Of a stretch of 64,000 bases of DNA, positions 57,775 to 64,000 are shown in pieces. The translations under genes were made by a program, and so were the position numbers. Source of the stretch: Candidatus Uhrbacteria bacterium CG10_big_fil_rev_8_21_14_0_10_50_16 (lineage in GTDB: Bacteria; Patescibacteriota; Patescibacteriia; UBA9934; UBA11717). Positions within the stretch are counted from its first letter, which is position 1; every line of letters starts with the position of its first letter. The stretch lies in NCBI GenBank assembly GCA_002774875.1, contig PCYM01000001.1:182153-246152 (forward strand), given 5' to 3'. The notes beneath the pieces were generated by a model. It did no database searches and had not been told where the DNA came from. It saw only the letters and a program-made list of their open reading frames with translations.

Positions 57775-59095
57775 AGACCTTGCCAACAAACGTGTTGCTT
57801 TGATTGGATTTGAGGCGACCAACCGTTCCCTATTTTATGCACTTCGCTCCGTCTGCCCCAACCTCTGGGTAGAGATTCGCGATCTTCGCACCACCGTCAC
57901 GCTGCCAGAGGACCCGTTTGTTACGCACACACTCGGCGAAACATACCTAGACCATCTACAAACGTTCGACGTCATTATTCGATCACCTGGCGTGCGCTAT
58001 TGGCCACAGTTGCAAGCGGTGCAATCGCATGTCACCACAAGTCTCAATCTCTTCTTTGACGAGGTACGATCAACGACCACGGCAACGATGATTGGTGTCA
58101 CCGGGACCAAGGGAAAATCAACCACTGCCACCCTGTTGGCACATGTTTTGCGTGAGGCGGGTAAAGCTGTGACGCTCATTGGCAACATGGATATTCAGGA
58201 ATGGGATCACCTACACGAGATTAACGACGACACAATTGTCGTGTACGAGATGTCCAGCTACATGTTGGAAGATTTTAACAACTGGCCAGACATTGCCCTC
58301 CTGCTCCCCTTATACCCGGATCATATGGACTGGCATGGATCATTTGCCGCATACACCGAGGCTAAATCTCGCATTACGGCTCGTCAAACAAGCGAAAACA
58401 TGTTGATCTTTCCTGCTAAAAACGCGGAGGCTCTCTCCATTGCAAAACAGACAGACGCCACAACCATCCCCGTGCAGATTGTAAGCGGTCTTCATTGGCA
58501 AAACGGTTTCTTTTTTGATGGAACACAGCAACTTTTTTCTACAAACGCGCTCCCGCTCCCCGGAGAGCATTGGTTAGACGATGCACTGCTCGTTCTCGCT
58601 GTCGTTAAACAGTTGGACATTCCCTTTGACCGTGCCCAGCGTGCGTTCACCAGCTTCAAAGGTTTGCCACATCGATTAGAGGTTGTGGCAACAATCAACC
58701 AAGTAACCTACGTGGACGATGCTATTTCCACCACACCAGAATCAACAATCGCGGCTGTAAAGGCGTTCGATACGGTCGGATCCATTGTCTTGGGCGGTAT
58801 GGATCGCGGATATGATTATGTGGCACTTGCGCAGCTACTCACAGAACGTCACGTGCCAAACGTCCTCCTCTTCCCCGGCGCCCGTGAGAAATTTCAACAC
58901 GCTCTTACACGCGCTCAGTTTGCTGGTAGCGTGATTCTTGTGGAATCCATGCAGGAGGTCGTTTCTACCATGGCGCAGTGCACACCCGCAGGGTCTGTGG
59001 CACTCTTGTCTACCGCCGCACCAAGTTACGATCAGTTTAAGAATTACAAAGATCAGGGGCAACAGTTTGTGGATTGTGTTCGAAAGTTGTCTTAG
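57764..59095 (+). CDS. MurD-family UDP-MurNAc-L-Ala--glutamate ligase (candidate MurD2)
   Basis: GVTGTKGKSTTATLLAHVL P-loop, Mur ligase central and C-terminal domains; start at MRLKDLANKRVALIGFE. Confidence 0.65.
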   Translation: MRLKDLANKRVALIGFEATNRSLFYALRSVCPNLWVEIRDLRTTVTLPEDPFVTHTLGETYLDHLQTFDVIIRSPGVRYWPQLQAVQSHVTTSLNLFFDEVRSTTTATMIGVTGTKGKSTTATLLAHVLREAGKAVTLIGNMDIQEWDHLHEINDDTIVVYEMSSYMLEDFNNWPDIALLLPLYPDHMDWHGSFAAYTEAKSRITARQTSENMLIFPAKNAEALSIAKQTDATTIPVQIVSGLHWQNGFFFDGTQQLFSTNALPLPGEHWLDDALLVLAVVKQLDIPFDRAQRAFTSFKGLPHRLEVVATINQVTYVDDAISTTPESTIAAVKAFDTVGSIVLGGMDRGYDYVALAQLLTERHVPNVLLFPGAREKFQHALTRAQFAGSVILVESMQEVVSTMAQCTPAGSVALLSTAAPSYDQFKNYKDQGQQFVDCVRKLS

Positions 59096-59115
59096 ATGCT
59101 ATCACCCTCGTTTGA

Positions 59116-59175
59116 TCGTCATTGCGCGTTTCACGAAGCAATCTATTTATTCTTTCTCTCTCCTTTTTGTTTCGC
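59116..59175 (-). repeat. about 60-nt conserved element, copy 2 (inverted relative to 9615-9674)
   Basis: tcgtcattgcgcgtttcacgaagcaatctatttattctttctctctcctttttgtttcgc. Confidence 0.7.
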
Positions 59176-59495
59176 CAAAAAGGAGGCAAAAAGCATCGTG
59201 TCTGTACGGCGTACTCGTGGGGACACGCTGAGGGAACTCGCGATTTTGCTCACGATCAGATCAGCTCTGATCAATCCAGCCCTTCGCCCCCGAGGATATG
59301 TGCGTTTTGAAAGACGAAGCCTATGCGGAGAATTATCAAAACACGCATGTCCGAAGATGAGCGAGTTCGGCGAAGGATTTAAGCGTGATGAATAATGCGG
59401 TTAAGGTCCCTAGGCGGGCTCGGGATGACGGATGGTTTGCTCACGATCTAATCTGTTTCAGACTTCGTCGGCGAAGGATTTAAGAAATAAAAAAC

Positions 59496-59535
59496 ACCCG
59501 CGCGAGGCGGATGTTTTTTTAGACACGGTGCTTGT
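59496..59535. terminator. bidirectional terminator
   Basis: AAATAAAAAACACCCGCgcgagGCGGATGTTTTTTT. Confidence 0.55.
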
Positions 59536-59716
59536 TGCTGCGAAGACTCTTTGCTGCCGTCTTTTTTGCGACACGCTTCAACTTTGGCAATTTTACGCCC
59601 GTTGAGGCACTTTTTCCTTTGCGAGACATAGATGTATGTGAGTAGTGATCGTTCCACCCCGTAGATCTACGAGACAGAATCTGCTAATACGCCAGAGTAT
59701 AGGCCAAGAGACGGGT

Positions 59717-60037
59717 TTAGTCAAGCCTCTCGCGGACAAAGCGTTGAAACTCCTGTTTCATGCGTAAAATCTCGCGTTCCACCGTTGGTCCATCGTATTC
59801 CCCGCTATGCATATTAGAGCCTGCATAGCTGGCCTTTTTTTGATCAAGGTGCAGATCAAACGTTACGACTTTGTCGGTCTCCTTTACATACACATGGAAT
59901 CGCGGATAAAACTCTCCACCGATTTTCCGCGTATAACTCAACTTCCCCATTTTACGGTCGTAGTGTGGAGAATACCGAGCCGCACGCAATAAGCGTTCGG
60001 GTGTTCCCGGCAACGGTTGTGCAAAGTGAATCTTCAT
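59717..60037 (-). CDS. hypothetical protein
   Basis: 106-aa ORF, basic, no motif. Confidence 0.45.
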   Translation of the reverse strand: MKIHFAQPLPGTPERLLRAARYSPHYDRKMGKLSYTRKIGGEFYPRFHVYVKETDKVVTFDLHLDQKKASYAGSNMHSGEYDGPTVEREILRMKQEFQRFVRERLD

Positions 60038-60082
60038 TTCTCTAGTATACCAAAACCCCAGACATGCCGGGGTTTTTGCTGT

Positions 60083-60367
60083 TTACAAGATTGCCTCTTT
60101 TGCGGCCTTGCTCAAACGGAATTTTACGACCGTCTTTGCAGGGATGCTGATTGCCTCACCTGTTGCTGGGTTGCGTCCCATGCGTGCGGCACGGTTCTGC
60201 TTAACGAGCTTTCCCAATCCTGGGAGCGTCAACTCACCTTTCCCACGAACCTCACCGTATACGAGGTCAACAAACTTCTCGTAACCTTCTGCGGCCTCCT
60301 TTTTGGAGAGTCCCCATGCTTCTGAAAGAGCTGCTGTAAACTGTGACTTGGTTAGTCCTGATGCCAT
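60083..60367 (-). CDS. hup: DNA-binding protein HU
   Basis: KAARMGRNPATGEAISIPAKTVVKF HU/IHF arm signature, 94 aa. Confidence 0.85.
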   Translation of the reverse strand: MASGLTKSQFTAALSEAWGLSKKEAAEGYEKFVDLVYGEVRGKGELTLPGLGKLVKQNRAARMGRNPATGEAISIPAKTVVKFRLSKAAKEAIL

Positions 60368-60475
60368 AATCTAGCGGTTAAGAATGCTTCTTAGAGGGAG
60401 TGTACACCAAACGCTCAAAAACGCTAGGGTTTATCCACATTTGCCATACACGCTCCAAAAAAGCTGTCAACAAAA

Positions 60476-62032
60476 TTAATTTTTAGCGCGATCAGACAAT
60501 AACGCCGACAAATGTTGCTGAATACGATCGATCGCAAATTCTGATCCGTCTTCTAACTCCAGACTCCAAATCATGGACGTTGCGATCTCAATGGTTTGTT
60601 CTTCATTGAACGTCTCAAACCAAGAAATCGTGCTTTCAAGAATCGCGATCGTTTCCATTATTGTTTGTCGCTCCGTTGCCTCTTCGATTTGCTGCCAAAT
60701 CTGTTGATCTATTAATGGTTGCAGGGCATCTCGCGCACGATCCTTGTCGCCATTAACAAGCGCGTTATACGCATATGTTTCCTGCCGTTGAATGTAGGCA
60801 AGCAATGTGGGCTGTACATCGGTCACGGTGAACGACCGATCATAGGCTCGCAATCGCGCATAAAGCGTGGCAACTTGTTCTGCCGCCGCGTCTTCATTGT
60901 AATGAATATCCTGGGCATGTGGCGTAGTGGCTGGTGCTGTTCTGTGTGTAATCCGTTTTGTGTCTTCTCGTGCCTTGCTTGTCTGAGCCCACGCGATTAA
61001 TCCGCGCGCCACGTTATAGGGCATATCTGTATCAATTAGGTGATAGAGCGCAAACTGTGCCGTTTTGGGTAAGGCGTCCACCATGTCGATCCGATGCACG
61101 AGCAAATCCTCCAAAAATAATGACTGATTGTAGCTGCGTTGCACATCCCCAAGAGCGTAACTCTTTCTATGACGCAAATATTGCAGGGTGGTGGTTGGAT
61201 CATAGGAAAGCGCACGTAATACCCCTTGTGCCTGAGAGAATCCCACCAATACGCGATAGTCCACTGGTTGACCCGTGATCTTCTCCACGCGCGACACAAA
61301 CTCATCGACGCCCAAATATTCACACACGTTGGAGATGTATTGTTCCTTTGCCCAAGCGAGCGACACGACGTCTGGCTCTTCCTCTGGAACCAAGGTGGAT
61401 TCTTGCGGCAACAACGTCGGCGCCTCACTCTCGGAGACTTCTTGGTTTGTAAACCAAGCCGCTTCTTCTGCCTGCCGCTCTTCTTCCACACGTTTGAGAT
61501 CCACATCGACGGCGTCCAATAATTCCGTTTGCGGCGTCCAGTGTTCTTGTCGTGGGATATAGCTATACGTTCCGCGTGGGACATTCACAAACTCCACGGT
61601 GTCTTTAGCGGTGTCAATCGTGATTGAATGAATTGCGTCGCAGTGAACCTCCTTTGCCCCCTTGCGAGAATCCACCCCCACCACTAACACGGTCACTTTT
61701 TCGGGCGTCTCGATATCTGTGTCAACACCCAATAAACCCGCGATTTGCGAGGAAAGGCTCCAAGTAGACCCCTCATCGCACGACTGTGAAGAGCAGACAG
61801 GGACAACAAACACCACAACAAAGAGCGTTGTGGCAGCCATGAGAATCGCAATCCATTTTAACGGTTTAGCTGCTTTCATGTGTGGAATTAGCCCCATCAT
61901 AGCATTGCCGCCGTCAAACCCGCAAAAGACGGTCTCTTCTTCGAAACTCAAACATGTCTCTTCCATAGTTGACAACACTGGCATTTTTTGATATGAATGA
62001 TAGGTACGTAGCCACAATGGTTGTGGTTGCAA
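60476..62032 (-). CDS. LytR-CpsA-Psr (LCP) family cell-envelope phosphotransferase
   Basis: TM anchor then LVVGVDSR..AIHSITID..VNVPRGTY LCP core. Real start probably MMGLIPHMKAAK (about 61906), leaving room for cassette H's promoter. Confidence 0.65.
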   Translation of the reverse strand: MQPQPLWLRTYHSYQKMPVLSTMEETCLSFEEETVFCGFDGGNAMMGLIPHMKAAKPLKWIAILMAATTLFVVVFVVPVCSSQSCDEGSTWSLSSQIAGLLGVDTDIETPEKVTVLVVGVDSRKGAKEVHCDAIHSITIDTAKDTVEFVNVPRGTYSYIPRQEHWTPQTELLDAVDVDLKRVEEERQAEEAAWFTNQEVSESEAPTLLPQESTLVPEEEPDVVSLAWAKEQYISNVCEYLGVDEFVSRVEKITGQPVDYRVLVGFSQAQGVLRALSYDPTTTLQYLRHRKSYALGDVQRSYNQSLFLEDLLVHRIDMVDALPKTAQFALYHLIDTDMPYNVARGLIAWAQTSKAREDTKRITHRTAPATTPHAQDIHYNEDAAAEQVATLYARLRAYDRSFTVTDVQPTLLAYIQRQETYAYNALVNGDKDRARDALQPLIDQQIWQQIEEATERQTIMETIAILESTISWFETFNEEQTIEIATSMIWSLELEDGSEFAIDRIQQHLSALLSDRAKN

Positions 62033-62045
62033 TGCGGAGGTGGGA

Positions 62046-62259
62046 CATGACCTACAAGGATCTGCAGGAGCTGTACATGGAGATCGGCCTAACGGCCGAT
62101 CAGGCCCATGCGGCCATCATGGGCGTCGCGCAACTCATGCTGCGTGCCGCCACCGGACGCGACAACATCCACGCGATCGGCGCCGCGGGATTCATCCCGC
62201 GTAAGAGCACGATGGACAATCAGTGCCCCCTCCCCCGGCGGAGGACGGCGACGGCGTGA
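62046..62259 (+). CDS. small GC-rich ORFan protein, 71 aa (cassette H)
   Basis: about 62% GC. Promoter TTGACA(61966-61971)-17-TATGAA, Shine-Dalgarno GGAGGTG, 4 nt, then ATG (MTYKDLQELY..). Terminator AAGAGCC..GGCTCTT+CGTTTTT (62291-62327). Confidence 0.4.
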
Positions 62260-62290
62260 ACAACCTGAACAGCGACAACGTGTCGCCCTG

Positions 62291-62327
62291 AGAAGAGCCC
62301 TCTTCTCAGGGTGGCTCTTCGTTTTTA
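62291..62327 (+). terminator. terminator of cassette H
   Basis: AGAAGAGccctcttctcagggtgGCTCTTCGTTTTT. Confidence 0.55.
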
Positions 62328-62344
62328 GGGTATACTGTCCAAAA

Positions 62345-63454
62345 ATGTCTATGCAAAAACTCCTCCTTCTCCTCTGCCTCCCCGTATTCATCCTGTTTGC
62401 GCGCCCCGTATACGCACAATCCTCACAAGAGATCCGCGCCACCGTCGACACCATTACCCTCGATGAAACCGTTAACGGGGTTAGACACGTCGTGTTTAGC
62501 GCAACAGACAAGGCAGGTGATCAATTTACCGTTGATAGCGGCGATTCCTATCTGCAGGGAATTAAATACAACATTCGCCCCGGACAAGACGTCTTATTGC
62601 AACTAGTGGATTTTGGCGACGGGTCACCCAGCACCGTTTTCCTTGTAGACGTCGTCCGTTTTAATGCACTCGTGCTCATCGGTCTCCTCTTTGCCCTGCT
62701 CACGATCGTCGTAGGCTACGCGCGCGGTGGGTTTGCGCTATTGGGGCTAGGCATTACAGTTGCCATTCTTTTTGGCTATATCTTGCCGCAAATTCTCGCA
62801 GGCCATAATCCCGTCCTCGTCACCATCCTTGGCTCGATCGTCATTCTCGCCGTCAACATGCACCTCACCCATGGTTGGAATAAACGCACCTGGTATGGAT
62901 TTTTAAGTACCGTTATCGGCCTCTTGTTTGTGTGGGGATTCGCCGAGGTCTTTGTGTGGTTTGCGCAACTTTCCGGTCTCGCCTCTGAGGAAGTTTCTCT
63001 GCTCTTCCTCACAACCGATCAAATCGCTCTCCCAACAGGGCTCCTGCTCGCTGGCATTATTTTAGGTGCCACGGGCGTGTTGGATGACATCGCCGTAACA
63101 CAAACAGAAACTGTTGAGGAATTAAAACAAACAGACCCCACGCTTTCGCAGAAGGATCTCTTTCTTAAAGCCATGAACATTGGACGGCACCACATTGCCT
63201 CCGTGGTCAACACGTTGGTTCTTGCTTACGCGGGTGTTGCCCTTCCAATTTTTCTCCTATTTTACCTTCGTGAAGATATGAGCATTTGGCGGTTCATTAA
63301 CGAGGAGCTTGTGGCTGAGGAGATGATTCGCACGCTTGCGGGCACTATGGCGCTCATCTTACTCGTTCCTATCTCCACGTGGATGGCAACCTTGGTGCAC
63401 GGAGAATCTGCACACCATTACACAACCGCCAAGAAGTCCGCACACACGCACTAA
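62345..63454 (+). CDS. YibE/F-family membrane protein
   Basis: Signal peptide plus extracytoplasmic domain followed by 8 TM helices, typical YibE/F layout. Start MSMQKLLLL chosen because the upstream ORF extension overlaps cassette H. Confidence 0.6.
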   Translation: MSMQKLLLLLCLPVFILFARPVYAQSSQEIRATVDTITLDETVNGVRHVVFSATDKAGDQFTVDSGDSYLQGIKYNIRPGQDVLLQLVDFGDGSPSTVFLVDVVRFNALVLIGLLFALLTIVVGYARGGFALLGLGITVAILFGYILPQILAGHNPVLVTILGSIVILAVNMHLTHGWNKRTWYGFLSTVIGLLFVWGFAEVFVWFAQLSGLASEEVSLLFLTTDQIALPTGLLLAGIILGATGVLDDIAVTQTETVEELKQTDPTLSQKDLFLKAMNIGRHHIASVVNTLVLAYAGVALPIFLLFYLREDMSIWRFINEELVAEEMIRTLAGTMALILLVPISTWMATLVHGESAHHYTTAKKSAHTH

Positions 63455-63924
63455 TAATGATACGTCTTGCCGGCTAAAATCGTCATGGCTCGGTAGAGTT
63501 GCTCCGTGAGCATAACCAGCGCAAGATCGTGCGGGTAAGTTTGTTTAGACAATGCAAACGTTTTATCGGCAGATCGTTTAACCACATCTGCTAATCCCAA
63601 CGGCCCACCCACAATAAACGCCAAGTGCTGCGTTTGCTGTTCGGCCAATGTGTCGATCCACTCAGCAAGCTCCGTTGAATTGGGTTCTCGGCCATCGGCG
63701 TCCATCACAATTGGACGTGCGTCACTAGGGAGTATCGACGCGATTTTCTCGGCCTCCACCGACAAAACGTATTCACGCTCCTTGGCTGTACCAAATTTTT
63801 CCTCCTTCACTTCCAATAATTCCACCTGCGCGAATGGAGATAACCGCTTCAGATACCCGTCCACAAGCTCCTGATGTGGACCGTTTTTTAATTTTCCAAC
63901 GTGAATGATTGTAAATTTATACAT
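63451..63924 (-). CDS. rlmH: 23S rRNA (pseudouridine1915-N3)-methyltransferase RlmH
   Basis: 157-aa SPOUT protein; LAFIVGGPLGL and TYPHDLALVMLTEQLYRA match RlmH/YbeA. Confidence 0.8.
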   Translation of the reverse strand: MYKFTIIHVGKLKNGPHQELVDGYLKRLSPFAQVELLEVKEEKFGTAKEREYVLSVEAEKIASILPSDARPIVMDADGREPNSTELAEWIDTLAEQQTQHLAFIVGGPLGLADVVKRSADKTFALSKQTYPHDLALVMLTEQLYRAMTILAGKTYHY

Positions 63925-64000
63925 AGAGTATTTTGAAATAGATACGCCCCAACATTCTACCGTTCGTTGACGAAATGAGCGAATTATGGTAAATCCCGGG

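Noticed and set aside
59096-59535. CRISPR array or small genes (99-aa, 62-aa and 69-aa ORFs)
   Set aside because: Repeats are irregular and degenerate (one 60-nt element plus a two-unit tandem duplication), not evenly spaced with unique spacers. The ORFs span a terminator and share sequence with the 9.6-kb repeat copy only at nucleotide level.

Overview
This 64-kb window is a gene-dense stretch of a small bacterial chromosome at about 48-50% GC. Roughly 85% of the genes are on the minus strand. Host genes typically lack Shine-Dalgarno sequences, use sigma70 or extended -10 promoters, and are often coupled as TAAnATG; this would fit a small-genome, CPR/Patescibacteria-like organism, but that is inference.

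Recognisable host genes:
- Translation and RNA: alaS (partial), era, a TrmH/SpoU methyltransferase, an RlmB-like methyltransferase, rlmH, dus, cysS, tRNA-Gln and tRNA-Glu.
- Heat shock: hrcA-grpE-dnaK-X-dnaJ behind a CIRCE-like operator.
- Replication and nucleotides: dnaX and a class II ribonucleotide reductase (nrdJ) with an ATP cone.
- Cell wall: murJ, murF, a PBP2/FtsI transpeptidase, an LCP protein, and a putative murL-murD2 pair.
- Transport: CorA, a Kef-type antiporter and a mini potassium channel.
- Others: a Ser/Thr kinase, GH1 and GH5 glycosidases, HU, and a TraD/VirD4-like ATPase.

The main anomaly is eight or nine GC-rich (about 57-66% GC) ORFan genes. Each is its own expression cassette: a perfect TTGACA -35 box, a 16-17 nt spacer, a -10 box, a strong Shine-Dalgarno sequence, the ORF, and an intrinsic terminator. 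The ninth, candidate I, has only the Shine-Dalgarno and a weak promoter and no terminator of its own. The Shine-Dalgarno sequences and GC content are both unlike the host genes. Five of the cassettes cluster at 27.8-32.0 kb around tRNA-Glu and an 18-bp perfect hairpin. The others are at 38.9-41.0, 46.3-46.5, 53.8-54.3 and 62.0-62.3 kb. No integrase or transposase is present.

Other structured non-coding features:
- An approximately 400-nt cysS leader with a terminator/antiterminator.
- A tRNA-Gln 3'-end duplication flanking a 140-nt hairpin-rich element.
- A 60-nt element present in inverted copies at 9.6 and 59.1 kb.
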